Of a stretch of 32,000 nucleotides of DNA, positions 8,202-17,830 are shown in pieces. The notes beneath the pieces were generated by a model. It was given only the letters and a program-made list of their open reading frames with translations. It made no database searches and was not told where the DNA came from. This stretch comes from Horticoccus luteus (GTDB lineage Bacteria > Verrucomicrobiota > Verrucomicrobiia > Opitutales > Opitutaceae). The stretch covers positions 3,780,001 to 3,812,000 of the forward strand of contig NZ_CP080507.1 of the NCBI RefSeq assembly GCF_019464535.1. The letters are read 5' to 3'. The position numbers and the translations under genes are program-made. Position 1 is the stretch's first letter. Each line of letters opens with the position of its first letter.

Positions 8202-9962
8202 ATGCTTCGCGCGCTGCTGTATCTGCGGCTTCATTCGCTGCGCAACCTCGTCGTCACCCGCGCCCGCCGGCTGCGGCAGCCACGTTACTTCGCCGCCTTC
8301 GTTGTGGGCGGGCTCTACTTCTGGTGGTTCTTTTTCCGCCCCTTGATCGCACCGTCGCACGGGCGGCATTTGCGCGTTGAGCCAATCGCTCTGCCGGCGG
8401 ATTTCGCTCCTCTCCTGCTCGGAGTCGCGGCGGTCGTGCTCCTCGTCATCCTCGCATTCAGTTGGATCGCGCCCGGGCCACCGCGCAGCCTCGCCTTCTC
8501 GGAGGCTGAAATCGCCTTCCTCTTTCCCGCCCCGATCACGCGCCGCCGGCTCGTGCACTACAAATTGCTCAATTCGCAGTTCTCGATCTTTTTCACGTCG
8601 CTGTTTTTCACCCTGCTCACGCGCCGCTGGAGTTTTCTCGGCGGCAACCTTCTGATGCACGCGTTCGGCTGGTGGGTCGTCCTGTCGACGGTCAACCTCC
8701 ACTTCACCGGTGCGGCCCTCACGTTGCTGCGCCTCTCGCACGATGGCGCCCGTCATCCGACGCGGCGTTTATGGGGACTCGCGCTTCTCGCACTGGCCGC
8801 GGTGGCCGCCGGCGTTTGGTTCCATCATCCGCCGCTGCCTGCGACGGACCTGACTGGTTTCACCGCTCTGGCCCGTTACGTTTCCGCCGTGCTCGCCACA
8901 CCGCCACTGTCGTGGCTGCTCTGGCCCGCCCGGGCGGTCCTGCACCCGTTTTTCGCCGCCGACGCCTCGGAGTTTTTGGCCGCGCTCGCTCCCGCCGCGC
9001 TCGTGCTGCTCGCGCATTACGGATGGGTCGTGCGCATCGACGCGCCTTTCGCCGAGGCTTCTCTCTTGCAGGCGCAACGCCGCGCCGCCCGCGTCGCCGC
9101 GTGGCGCGCAGGCTCGTCGCGCCTGCGGCCCGCGCGCCTGCGCTCCCGCTCCGGTCCCTTTGCGCTCGCCCCCGCCGGCCGGCCGGAAATCGCGTTCCTC
9201 TGGAAAAACCTCCTTTCCACGCGTCCGTATTTCCGCCCGCGCGTCGCCCTCGCCACCGGCGTTGCCCTCGCCGCCGTTTGCCTGTGGCTGCGGCAGCGGC
9301 CGGACTACGCGCCGTTGCAACTGATGCTCCTCACCGCCGCCGCGATTTTCGCCGCTTACACCTGGCTCATCGGACCGCAGCTCGCCCGCCAGGATTTACG
9401 CAGCGATCTGGGCAACAGCGATATTTTCAAAACCTATCCGCTGCACGGCTGGCAGATCATCCTCGGCCAGGTGCTCACGCCCACGGCGATTCTCACCGTG
9501 CTGGTGTGGCTCGCGCTGCTCGTCGTCTCTCTTTGTCTGCCCGCCTCGCGCATCGCCTGGCTCACGGCGCCGGTGCACCTCGCCGCCACCGTCTCTGCCG
9601 CTGCGCTCGTCCCGCTGTTGTGCACCCTGCAGCTTCTCATCCCCACCGCCGCCACGGTCTTTTTCCCCGCGTGGTTTCATGCCACGCGCGGCCTCTCCTC
9701 GACTCGCGGCATCGAGGTGCTGGGCCAGCGCCTCATCTTCGTCATCGGCCAGCTCATCACCGTCCTTATCGCCATCGTCCCGGTCGCCGGCGTCGGCGCG
9801 CTCGTGATCTTCCTGCTCCAGTGGTTGATCGGCCTGGTGGGCGCGGTCCTCGTCGCCACCGTCGTCATGGCCGGCATTCTCCTGCTCGAAATCGCCGTCG
9901 GTCTGCACTGTCTCGGCCGGCGCTTCGAACGTTTCGACCTCTCCGCCGAGTTGCGCCCGTAG
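8202..9962 (+). CDS. Large polytopic membrane protein, probable partner of the ABC ATPase (putative ABC-exporter family)
   Basis: 586 aa with many hydrophobic helices. ATG lies 6 nt after the ATPase stop. The N-terminus, MLRALLYLRLHSLRN..RRLRQPRY, resembles the uncharacterised 'putative ABC exporter' proteins as I remember them. Confidence 0.7.
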   Translation: MLRALLYLRLHSLRNLVVTRARRLRQPRYFAAFVVGGLYFWWFFFRPLIAPSHGRHLRVEPIALPADFAPLLLGVAAVVLLVILAFSWIAPGPPRSLAFSEAEIAFLFPAPITRRRLVHYKLLNSQFSIFFTSLFFTLLTRRWSFLGGNLLMHAFGWWVVLSTVNLHFTGAALTLLRLSHDGARHPTRRLWGLALLALAAVAAGVWFHHPPLPATDLTGFTALARYVSAVLATPPLSWLLWPARAVLHPFFAADASEFLAALAPAALVLLAHYGWVVRIDAPFAEASLLQAQRRAARVAAWRAGSSRLRPARLRSRSGPFALAPAGRPEIAFLWKNLLSTRPYFRPRVALATGVALAAVCLWLRQRPDYAPLQLMLLTAAAIFAAYTWLIGPQLARQDLRSDLGNSDIFKTYPLHGWQIILGQVLTPTAILTVLVWLALLVVSLCLPASRIAWLTAPVHLAATVSAAALVPLLCTLQLLIPTAATVFFPAWFHATRGLSSTRGIEVLGQRLIFVIGQLITVLIAIVPVAGVGALVIFLLQWLIGLVGAVLVATVVMAGILLLEIAVGLHCLGRRFERFDLSAELRP

Positions 9963-9968
9963 TTCGCC

Positions 9969-10340
9969 ATGACGTTCGCCCAACTCGCCCGCCTCGCCGC
10001 CGACACCGTCGAAGCCACCCAGCGCCGCCTCCCCGCCGCCCTTCGCGAGCTCGCGAGGCCGCTGCCCGTGCACTACGAAAGCGTGCCCGACGCCGACGTC
10101 GTCGCCGACGGCTTTCCCGCCGACATCCTGGGTCTCTTCACCGGCGATCCGCACGGCAGCTCCCTCGAGCAAGACACGCCGTCGCCGCCGCAAATCCTCC
10201 TCTATCTCGACAACCTCTGGGATTTTTCGGAACGCGACCCCGCGATCTTTCGCGACGAAGTCCGCCTCACCTACCTGCACGAGCTGGGGCACTTCCTTGG
10301 CTGGGATGAGGACGAACTCACCGCGCGCGGCCTCGACTAG
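9969..10340 (+). CDS. Small metallopeptidase-family (mini-zincin, DUF1025-like) protein
   Basis: 123 aa with a C-terminal HELGHFLGWDEDEL (HExxH) motif. The start lies 6 nt after the upstream stop, so it is the third gene of the ABC operon. Confidence 0.78.
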   Translation: MTFAQLARLAADTVEATQRRLPAALRELARPLPVHYESVPDADVVADGFPADILGLFTGDPHGSSLEQDTPSPPQILLYLDNLWDFSERDPAIFRDEVRLTYLHELGHFLGWDEDELTARGLD

Positions 10341-10448
10341 CCCTGTCGTTTGTCCTCGGAGCAGGTCGGGGGAACCCTGCCTACTCCGCGCTTTCCAACC
10401 GCGGCCGCCCGTGCATAGTCTTTCCTCCAACCATCCGCGTTCACTCGC

Positions 10449-11120
10449 ATGAAGAAGCTCCTCATCATCGTCCTCGCCCTTTTCGCCACCGGAGCACTCC
10501 GCGCCATCTCACGCTCGGAGTGTGTCACGCGCGTCGAATCGTGCGAAGCCATCTTGCGCGAGTTCATGGCGGACCCCGCTTACGCCGTTCCGGCCAACGT
10601 CCTGCAAAGCGCGCACGCCATCATCATCGTCAACCAGTTCAAGGGTGGCTTCTTCATTGGCGTGAAGGACGGTTACGGCGTCATCCTCGTTAAGAAACCC
10701 TCCGGCCAGTGGAGCCTCCCGGTGCTCCTCGATGCCGGTGAAGCCAGCCTCGGCTTCCAGATCGGCGCCAAATCCGTCGAAAGCGTGATGATCGTCACCG
10801 ACGACGCCACGCCCCGCCTCCTCTTCAAGGAACGCTTCAACGTCGGCGTCGACGCCAAAGCCGTCGCCGGTCCGCGCGTCGCCGCCGCCGAACACGATAA
10901 CCGCCCCATCGTCGCCGCGCCCGTGCTCGTCTACACGAAAAGCAAAGGCCTCTACGCCGGCGCCACCCTCAAGGCCGGCTACCTCACCCGCGACGATCCC
11001 GCCAATTTCGTTCTCTATCACACCACCTACACGATGCCCGAACTTCTCTACAGCGATTGGGTGCAACCCGTCCCCGAAGTTCAGCCGTTGATGGATTACG
11101 TGAAGCAGATCGCGCCCTGA
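10449..11120 (+). CDS. Secreted SYLF (Ysc84/DUF500) lipid-binding domain protein
   Basis: Signal peptide MKKLLIIVLALFATGALRA. SYLF-like blocks: GGFFIGVKDGYGVIL, GEASLGFQIGA, VGVDAKAVAGP, YTKSKGLYAGATL. Confidence 0.78.
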   Translation: MKKLLIIVLALFATGALRAISRSECVTRVESCEAILREFMADPAYAVPANVLQSAHAIIIVNQFKGGFFIGVKDGYGVILVKKPSGQWSLPVLLDAGEASLGFQIGAKSVESVMIVTDDATPRLLFKERFNVGVDAKAVAGPRVAAAEHDNRPIVAAPVLVYTKSKGLYAGATLKAGYLTRDDPANFVLYHTTYTMPELLYSDWVQPVPEVQPLMDYVKQIAP

Positions 11121-11219
11121 TCGCCACGGCCTGCGGGCTCCGCGCAACATCCCCGCGCGCCGCGCCTCTCCGCTGCGTCCACCGCGGCGAAACACTCCCT
11201 CCGCGCCACCCTTTTTCTC

Positions 11220-11639
11220 ATGGCCAATCCCATCCTCGGCGGCGGCGGTTTCCATCACGTGTGCCTCAAGACCCGTGACTGGGACGCCACCCTGCGTTTC
11301 TATCAAGACACCCTTGGGTTCACCGAAAAAATCGCGTGGCGCACCGCTCCGCAACGCGCCGTGATGCTCGACGCGGGCGATGGCAACTACCTCGAAGTCT
11401 TCGAAGACCACGCCTACGAAGCCGCACCCCAGGGCGTCGTGTATCACTTTGCGCTTCGCACCACACGCCTCGACGAAGTCGCCGCCCGCGTGCGCGCCGC
11501 CGGCGCCCGCATCACCGTCGAACCGCGTGACGTCACGATCGCGACCGTGAACGGCGTCGGCCCGGTGCCCGTGCGCATCTTCTTTTGCGAAGGCCCCAAC
11601 GGCGAAAGCATCGAGTTCATGCAGAACTCGCTCACCTGA
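11220..11639 (+). CDS. VOC (glyoxalase/bleomycin-resistance/dioxygenase) family protein
   Basis: 139 aa with FHHVCLKTRDWDATLRFYQDTLGF and a C-terminal GPNGESIEF, typical of a single VOC module. Confidence 0.85.
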   Translation: MANPILGGGGFHHVCLKTRDWDATLRFYQDTLGFTEKIAWRTAPQRAVMLDAGDGNYLEVFEDHAYEAAPQGVVYHFALRTTRLDEVAARVRAAGARITVEPRDVTIATVNGVGPVPVRIFFCEGPNGESIEFMQNSLT

Positions 11640-11718
11640 TCCGCATCGCGCCCGCGTGGCAGCGGAACGCCTGGGCACTTCGCCCTCCCGCCACGAACGC
11701 CTTGCGCACCGCGCCCGC

Positions 11719-11913
11719 TCAATTCACCCGGCGCGACGGAAACGACTTGCCCGCGCCCTCACCGCGCTCCACTCCGCCCGTCCCTCGGCCCCAGCGGCAC
11801 CGACATGATCCGCGCACCATCCCGCCGAGGCCCCCCGCGACCACCGCGAGCATGATCACCGTGCCGAGCCAGATCCAGAACGAGGAGAAGATGAATTTGA
11901 GGACGTCGAGCAT
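11719..11913 (-). CDS. Possible small membrane peptide (doubtful)
   Basis: 64-aa ORF. The first 30 residues are hydrophobic (MLDVLKFIFSSFWIWLGTVIMLAVVAGGLGG), but the tail is Arg/Gly-rich and looks non-coding. It is the only ORF in a 346-nt gap. Confidence 0.25.
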   Translation of the reverse strand: MLDVLKFIFSSFWIWLGTVIMLAVVAGGLGGMVRGSCRCRWGRGTGGVERGEGAGKSFPSRRVN

Positions 11914-11985
11914 ACGCAGAAGGTTTTCCTCGCGACCTCACTCCCGCCGGCCGGCCGCCGCAAGCCCCATCTCGGCCGCGCCGAC

Positions 11986-12483
11986 CTACCTCGCCGCCGC
12001 CAGCTCCCCCAAGTAGCTCACGAGCTCCGCGAGCACCGCCGCCGCCACGATCGCCTGCACATCCGTGCGCTTCTCTCCCGGACACTCGATGCGCCCGCTG
12101 CGCACGAAGAACTTTCCGCCCCGCCGCCGGTGCGCCAACGCCCACCACGCAAACGGTTCCTCGACCGCCCATTCCGCCGCGGCCTGCGCGTAACCCGTCG
12201 TCGCCACCGCCAGCTCGCTCCCAAACAATTCGCCCGCGCCCCGCGCCATCTGCTCCGCCACCGCCGCGGATACGCAATTCACCCTCTTCGCCGCCGCTCG
12301 ATCGACGCCCAGCAGCTTCACCTTCTGCTCCAAGGTATACGCCGTCACGCCGCCGAGAAAAAACTGCGAGGCCCCCGCAATCGCGCCAATCCGCGCCTGC
12401 ACCTGCCCGCACGTCAGGCTCTCCGCCACCGCCAGCGTCCGGCCCGGCGATTCCAACATCAACTCTTTCAACTCCCGCTTCAT
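11986..12483 (-). CDS. CinA C-terminal domain (PncC-like) nicotinamide-nucleotide amidohydrolase family protein
   Basis: 165 aa with LAVAESLTCGQV and GGVTAYT motifs, as in stand-alone CinA/PncC proteins. It starts 10 nt downstream of xth. Confidence 0.85.
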   Translation of the reverse strand: MKRELKELMLESPGRTLAVAESLTCGQVQARIGAIAGASQFFLGGVTAYTLEQKVKLLGVDRAAAKRVNCVSAAVAEQMARGAGELFGSELAVATTGYAQAAAEWAVEEPFAWWALAHRRRGGKFFVRSGRIECPGEKRTDVQAIVAAAVLAELVSYLGELAAAR

Positions 12484-12493
12484 CGCCGCCGCC

Positions 12494-13255
12494 TCACGCC
12501 AGTTCCAATCCCACCGGACAATGGTCGCTGCCCATCACTTCCGGTGAAATCCACGCGCGCTTGAGCGCCGGTTTCAACTTGTCGCTCGCCACGAAATAAT
12601 CGACGCGCCACCCGATGTTGCGCGCCCGGCAGTTCATCATCTGGCTCCACCACGTGTAGTGGCCCGGCCCTTTTTCGAACTCGCGAAACGTGTCCACGAA
12701 TCCCTTCGCGAGCAGCGTGGAAAAATTCCCCCGCTCCTCATCCGTGAACCCCGCGTTGCGCCGGTTCGTCTTCGGATTCGTCAAATCGATCTCCGTGTGC
12801 GCCACGTTCAAATCGCCGCAAAACACCACCGGCTTCCCCTTCTTTTCCAGCTTCTTCAGAAACGCCAGAAACGCCGGATCCCACTCCTCCGTGCGATACT
12901 TCAACCGCGTCAACCCCCGCTGCGAGTTTGGCTGATAAACGTTCACCAAAAAGTAGTCGGCAAACTCCGCCGTGATCACCCGCCCTTCGTCATCGTGCCC
13001 CGCCAGACCGATCCCGCACGTCACCTTCTTCGGCGCCACACGCGTAAAAATCACCGTCCCCGAATAACCTTTCTTCACGGCCGAATACCAGTGCGGCGTA
13101 TAACCCGCCGCCCACGCCACGTGCTGCACATCCCCGGGGTGCGCCTTGGTCTCCTGCAGGCAAATCACGTCCGCATCGACCTGCGCCATGTAATCGAGAA
13201 ACCCTTTCTTCAAAACCGCGCGCACGCCATTCACGTTCCAGGAGACGAGTTTCAT
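12494..13255 (-). CDS. xth: Exodeoxyribonuclease III
   Basis: MKLVSWNVNGVRA, VICLQETK, CGDLNVAH and C-terminal SDHCPV are EEP-family ExoIII hallmarks. Confidence 0.93.
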   Translation of the reverse strand: MKLVSWNVNGVRAVLKKGFLDYMAQVDADVICLQETKAHPGDVQHVAWAAGYTPHWYSAVKKGYSGTVIFTRVAPKKVTCGIGLAGHDDEGRVITAEFADYFLVNVYQPNSQRGLTRLKYRTEEWDPAFLAFLKKLEKKGKPVVFCGDLNVAHTEIDLTNPKTNRRNAGFTDEERGNFSTLLAKGFVDTFREFEKGPGHYTWWSQMMNCRARNIGWRVDYFVASDKLKPALKRAWISPEVMGSDHCPVGLELA

Positions 13256-13426
13256 GGCGGTGCATCAACGCACGCGCCGCCCCGAGCGCAAATCGTTTCG
13301 CTCGCTCCGCACCGCCCTCCGTCCGCATGACGAACCTTCCAGTTGCCAGCGTCCTTCGCTTCCCCGAACGTCCCCTCTCAGCCCTCGCTCCTCGCCACTC
13401 GATTCTCCGCCGCCCGCTCCTCGCCC

Positions 13427-14923
13427 ATGTCCGCCTTTACGCCGCTCCCACTCGGCCAGCGCATTCCCGATCGCCCGCACGCCGTCTCCTGCAGCCTGCC
13501 CACCATGCGCGCCGTGCGCGGCTACGAGGAAAAGGACCCCGCGATCACGCAACACCTCACGTCCGGCTATCCCCGTTTCGTCGTCCATCCGTTCCTCCGT
13601 CAACTCGCGCAACACCTCGCCACCGAACTCCACCTCGCCGGCGAAACCCTCTGGCTCGCATCGTCTCCCGCGATGGCCCGCGGCCTCGCCGCCTACCTCG
13701 GCGAACGCGCCCGCGTCATCGCCGCCGGTCAACTTGCCGCGGTTGCGCACCCCGATCTCCCTGCGCTCAACACCCGCGCCAAGGGCTTTCTCCAAAACGT
13801 CGGCGGCTTCCTCTCCTCGCGCGCCGCCGAAGACGAACTCGTCCGCCGCGGCCTCCTGCCCGCCGCCGCCGCGGAAACGCTGTTCTCCGGCGATCCGGCC
13901 GCCGAAATCCGCCGCCACCTCCAACCCGCGTTTCCCGCCATCGAGCCCGCGCAACTCCAACTCGCCACGTGCGGCATGAACGCCATCTACGCCGCCTTTC
14001 GCGCCGCCGCCGAGTTGCAGGCCACCCGCGGGCGCACCATCTGGATCCAACTCGGCTGGCTCTATCTCGATACCATCGCGCTGCTCGAAAAATTCACCGC
14101 CACGCCCGCCGATTACGTTTACGTCCGCCACGTGTCGGATCACGACGCCCTCACGCGTCTCTTCACCAAGTTCGGCTCGCGCATCGCTGGCATCATCGCG
14201 GAGGTCCCCACCAATCCGCTCATCCAGACGCCCGATCTGCCCGCTCTCGCGCAACTCGCCCGCGCCCACGGCGCCCTCCTCCTCGTCGACCCGTCCGTCA
14301 CGTCTGTCTTCAACGTCGAGGTGCTGCCGCATTCCGCCCTCGTCGTCAGCAGCCTCACCAAATACACCGCGCCCGACGGCGATCTCACCGCCGGCCTCGT
14401 CGTCGTCAACCCCGCACATCCCGACGCCGCCACCCTGCAGACCCGCATCGCGGCGCTCCTCGAACCGCCCTACCCCCGCGACCTCGCCCGCCTCGCCGCG
14501 CAAATCCCGCGCACGCCCGCCCTGCTCGCCGCCCTCCACGCCAACGTCCCCCGCGTCGTCGAGTTTCTCTCCCGGCATCCCGGCGTGCGCGACGTCTTTT
14601 GGACGCATCAACTCTCCAGCCGCCGCGCCTACCAACAAATCGCCCGGGCTCCCGACGCCGTCGGCGGCGTCCTCTCCTTCACCCTGCGCGGCCCGCTCGA
14701 GAAATTCTACGACCGCCTCCGCCTCCCGAAAGGCTCGAGCTTCGGCATGGCGACAACGCTCATCTGCCCGTTCATGTATCTGGCGCACTACGATCTCGTC
14801 ACCACGCCCGCCGGCATCGCCGCCCTTGCCGCCAGCGGCCTCGATCCCGACCTCCTTCGTCTCTCCGTCGGCACCGAGCCCGCCGAAGACATCATCGCCG
14901 CCCTCGCCGAAGCGCTGGACTAA
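13427..14923 (+). CDS. PLP-dependent Cys/Met-metabolism enzyme, long cystathionine gamma-synthase-like form
   Basis: Start at ATG 13427; the listed ORF start at 13343 is a TTG. The N-terminal extension carries HAVSCSLPT and GYPRF. The core has IIAEVPTNPL, the PLP-lysine region SLTKY and a C-terminal LLRLSVGTEP. Confidence 0.82.
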   Translation: MSAFTPLPLGQRIPDRPHAVSCSLPTMRAVRGYEEKDPAITQHLTSGYPRFVVHPFLRQLAQHLATELHLAGETLWLASSPAMARGLAAYLGERARVIAAGQLAAVAHPDLPALNTRAKGFLQNVGGFLSSRAAEDELVRRGLLPAAAAETLFSGDPAAEIRRHLQPAFPAIEPAQLQLATCGMNAIYAAFRAAAELQATRGRTIWIQLGWLYLDTIALLEKFTATPADYVYVRHVSDHDALTRLFTKFGSRIAGIIAEVPTNPLIQTPDLPALAQLARAHGALLLVDPSVTSVFNVEVLPHSALVVSSLTKYTAPDGDLTAGLVVVNPAHPDAATLQTRIAALLEPPYPRDLARLAAQIPRTPALLAALHANVPRVVEFLSRHPGVRDVFWTHQLSSRRAYQQIARAPDAVGGVLSFTLRGPLEKFYDRLRLPKGSSFGMATTLICPFMYLAHYDLVTTPAGIAALAASGLDPDLLRLSVGTEPAEDIIAALAEALD

Positions 14924-15009
14924 CGCGCCGCACGGCAGCCCGCTCCACCGGTCCACGTCCGCCGCCGCGCGCTCCATCCGCCGAGGCCGCCCGCTCGCTT
15001 CCGCTCCCC

Positions 15010-15279
15010 ATGCCGGAGTCATGTCTCCTGACCGTTAAGGCGATCCCCCACGCCCCCCGCACCGAAATCGTCGGCTGGCTCGGCGATACCTTGAAAGTCA
15101 AACTCCACGCGCCGCCCGTCGCCGGTCGCGCCAACGACGAACTCTGCGCCTTTCTCGCGCGCGAACTCCGCCTTCCTCGCCGCGCGGTCACCCTCGTGCG
15201 GGGCGACACCTCCCGCCAGAAAGTCCTGCGGCTCGACGGCCTCTCGCTCGCCACCATCCGCCTCCACTTCCCCGCCTGA
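15010..15279 (+). CDS. DUF167 (YggU) family protein
   Basis: This is only the last 89 codons of the 650-aa track ORF. They read MPESCLLTVKAIPHAPRTEIVGWLGDTLKVKLHAPPVAGRANDELCAFLAREL...VTLVRGDTSRQKVL, matching the YggU pattern (V.A.P..G.AN..L..FLA). The upstream part of that ORF is an off-frame shadow of the PLP gene. Confidence 0.75.
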   Translation: MPESCLLTVKAIPHAPRTEIVGWLGDTLKVKLHAPPVAGRANDELCAFLARELRLPRRAVTLVRGDTSRQKVLRLDGLSLATIRLHFPA

Positions 15280-15308
15280 CCCTCAACGTTGCCGCCGAGC
15301 GGCGCGCC

Positions 15309-16649
15309 CTACCTCCGCGTCATGCGCGTAAAACGCGTCACCAAAAACACCGCCGCAAAGCCGAGGCCGCTCGCGATGCCGATCCACACGCCCACCGCGC
15401 CCCACGGCCCGCGGATCCCCAGCGTGTAGCCCACCGGCAGCGCGATGCCCCAATACGCCACCAGCGTGATCACGGCCGGCACCCGCACGTCGGTCATCCC
15501 CCGCAACACCGCCGCGCCGATCACCTGCAGCCCGTCGGCCAGTTGAAAAACCGCCGCCACCACGAGCAGCTGGGTGGCCAGCGCGATCACCGCCGTGTCG
15601 TGCACGAACCACGTCGCGATCCGCCCCCCGCCCAAGCCAAACGCCCCCGCAAACCCCGCCATGATCGCCAGCCCGACCGCCATCGCGCCAAACGCCACCG
15701 GCCGCAAACGCTCCCGCTCGCCCGCGCCCACCGCCTGGCTCACGCGCATCCCCGCCGCCATCGACAACCCCAGCGGAAACATGAACGCCAGCGACGCACA
15801 ACTGATCGCAATCTGATGCGCCGCCAACGGCACCGCGCCCAGCCAGCCGATCATGATGCTGGAAAACGCAAACGCCGTCGCCTCAAACAACAACATCACG
15901 CCCGCCGGCAGCCCCACGTGCAGCATTTCCATCAACCGCGCGCCCGATACGCCGCGCCACCAGCGCACCGGCCACGCCGCCCGCACCCGCGCCTCGCGCC
16001 GCAACCACTCGAAAATCACCGCCGCACTCAGCACCCGCGAAATCAACGTCGCCAGCCCCGCGCCCGTCAGCCCCATCGCCGGCAACCCGCCATGCCCGTA
16101 AATCAACAGCCAGTTGAGCACCGCGTTGAGCCCCACCCCGCCCAACATGATGCACATCGGCAGCCACGGATGCCCCAGCGCCTCCGCAAACTGGCGCAAC
16201 GCCAGATACACCAGCACCGGCACGATCGACCCCGCGATCAACAGGAAATACGGCCGCACCACCGCCAGCACTTCCGGCGGCTGCCCAAACCGCGCCAACT
16301 GCGTGCTCACCGCCAGCATCACCAGCAGCTCCAGCAGCCCAAAGGCCAACGCCAGCCCCAGCCCGTGCCGCAGGTATTCGCCCGCTTCCTCCGGCCGCGC
16401 CGCTCCCCGCGCCCGCGCCACAAACACCGACACCGGCACCATCAAGCCGACGCCCAGCACATAAAAAATCACGAACACGTTTCCCCCAAACGCCGCCGCC
16501 GCCAACTCCGCCGTCCCCACGTGCCCGATCATCAAACTGTCCGTCACGCCCATGAGCATCTGGCTCACCTGCCCGACGATGATCGGCAGCGCGAGCGCCA
16601 GCGTGGGACGGATTTCTTGCAGGTAACGCGGCACGGGAGTCGCGCACAT
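15309..16649 (-). CDS. MATE family efflux transporter
   Basis: Start at ATG 16649 (MCATPVPRYLQEIRPTLALALPIIVGQVSQMLMGVTDSLMIGHVG). Twelve-TM pattern with a typical MATE N-terminus. Confidence 0.9.
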   Translation of the reverse strand: MCATPVPRYLQEIRPTLALALPIIVGQVSQMLMGVTDSLMIGHVGTAELAAAAFGGNVFVIFYVLGVGLMVPVSVFVARARGAARPEEAGEYLRHGLGLALAFGLLELLVMLAVSTQLARFGQPPEVLAVVRPYFLLIAGSIVPVLVYLALRQFAEALGHPWLPMCIMLGGVGLNAVLNWLLIYGHGGLPAMGLTGAGLATLISRVLSAAVIFEWLRREARVRAAWPVRWWRGVSGARLMEMLHVGLPAGVMLLFEATAFAFSSIMIGWLGAVPLAAHQIAISCASLAFMFPLGLSMAAGMRVSQAVGAGERERLRPVAFGAMAVGLAIMAGFAGAFGLGGGRIATWFVHDTAVIALATQLLVVAAVFQLADGLQVIGAAVLRGMTDVRVPAVITLVAYWGIALPVGYTLGIRGPWGAVGVWIGIASGLGFAAVFLVTRFTRMTRR

Positions 16650-16768
16650 TGGGAAAAACTTCGCCGCCCTACACGACGAAAACGCACCCTTCCTCACCGT
16701 CCCTCTTCCCTCTCTCCGGATTTCTCTGGCGCTTGTTCAGGCCCCGTCGAAATTTATCGCCCGCTTCG

Positions 16769-17695
16769 ATGACACCCTTCGCGCTCCTCCTCGTGCTGGC
16801 CGCCGCCGGCCTGCACGCCACGTGGAACTACTGCGCGAAACGCGCCGGCGGCGGTCTGCCCTTCGTCTGGCTCGTCGGCTCGATCATCTGCTCCTGTTAC
16901 GTGCCCGTGCTGCTCATTTACGGCACGTGGTGGTCGCTCTCTCTCTCCACCTTCGCCGTCGCCTGGATCCTCGGCAGCGGCGTGCTCAAAACCAGCTACT
17001 CGCTTTTCCTGCAACGCGGCTACCGCACCGGCGATTTTTCGCTCATCTATCCGCTCGCGCGCGGCACCGGCCCGCTCCTCGCCACGCTCGCCGCCATCGC
17101 CTTCCTCGGCGAACGCCCCTCCGCCCTCGCGCTCGCCGGCGCCGCCGTGATCGTCCTCAGCATCTTCTGGCTCACCGGCGGCTTCGGCAAATTCGCCTCC
17201 CTCCTCCGCCGCCGACCCGCGCCCCTCCTCCCCGCACCCGCCGACGCCGGCCCCCTCGCCGCCCGCCCCCGCGTCTTTTCCGCCGTCAACTACGGCCTCA
17301 TGTCCGGCGTCTTCATCGCCGCCTACACGCTCTGGGATCGCCACGGCGTCGCCGCGCTCGCCATCGCCCCCGTGCTCTACGATGCGGGCACCGCGTTCAC
17401 TCAACTCGCCCTGCTCACGCCCTTCGCGCTCCGCCGCTGGCCGGAGGTCGCCACCCATTGGCGCGCACACCGCCGCTACGCCTTCGGCGTCGCCCTTCTC
17501 TCGCCCGTCGCCTACATTCTCATTCTCACCGCCATGAAATTCACGCCGGTGAGCTACGTCGCTCCCGCGCGCGAAATCAGCATCGTCATCGGCGCCTTCA
17601 TGGGCGCGCGCCTGCTCAAGGAGTCCGACAGCCGCCGCCGCCTCGTCGCCGCCGTCGCCATGGCCGCCGGCGTCATCGCCCTCGCTCTCGGCTGA
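16769..17695 (+). CDS. DMT superfamily (EamA-type, 10-TM) transporter
   Basis: Start at ATG 16769 (MTPFALLLVLAAAGLHATWNY). Two EamA-like halves. Divergent from the MATE gene. Confidence 0.82.
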   Translation: MTPFALLLVLAAAGLHATWNYCAKRAGGGLPFVWLVGSIICSCYVPVLLIYGTWWSLSLSTFAVAWILGSGVLKTSYSLFLQRGYRTGDFSLIYPLARGTGPLLATLAAIAFLGERPSALALAGAAVIVLSIFWLTGGFGKFASLLRRRPAPLLPAPADAGPLAARPRVFSAVNYGLMSGVFIAAYTLWDRHGVAALAIAPVLYDAGTAFTQLALLTPFALRRWPEVATHWRAHRRYAFGVALLSPVAYILILTAMKFTPVSYVAPAREISIVIGAFMGARLLKESDSRRRLVAAVAMAAGVIALALG

Positions 17696-17830
17696 ATCGC
17701 TCTCTCTGCCGCGATCCGTTCCTCACGCACGTTGATCTTCAAAAGCGGCCCCACCTTCCGCTTGATACTCCGTGGCCTCTGTATCCGAGCTCCGTGCCCT
17801 CCGTGACAAAACATCGGCTCTCGCCGTCGC

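Noticed and set aside
8672-10309. 545-aa off-frame plus-strand ORF over the ABC membrane protein and zincin genes (also 7413-8756 and 9396-10430 on the minus strand)
   Set aside because: The translations are extreme Arg/Pro/Ala composition. The alternative frames encode a TM-rich protein and an HExxH protein with tight operon spacing.
13283-13304. Imperfect hairpin cgagcgcaaa-tcg-tttcgctcg in the xth / PLP-enzyme divergent region
   Set aside because: It is short, has a bulge, and nothing else supports it. I also saw no SAM or other riboswitch-like conserved core upstream of the PLP gene.
13265-15022. 585-aa minus-strand ORF, and the first roughly 560 codons of the 650-aa plus-strand ORF 13327-15279
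   Set aside because: Both overlap the PLP-enzyme frame and translate to Arg/Pro-rich low-complexity sequence. Only the last 89 codons of the 650-aa ORF (DUF167) look real.
17743-17763. Hairpin aagcgg/ccgctt between the convergent DMT and msrB genes (a similar 6-bp GC hairpin lies at 30471-30489)
   Set aside because: The stems are only 6 bp with 7-9 nt loops and no U-tract, so the evidence is too weak to call terminators.
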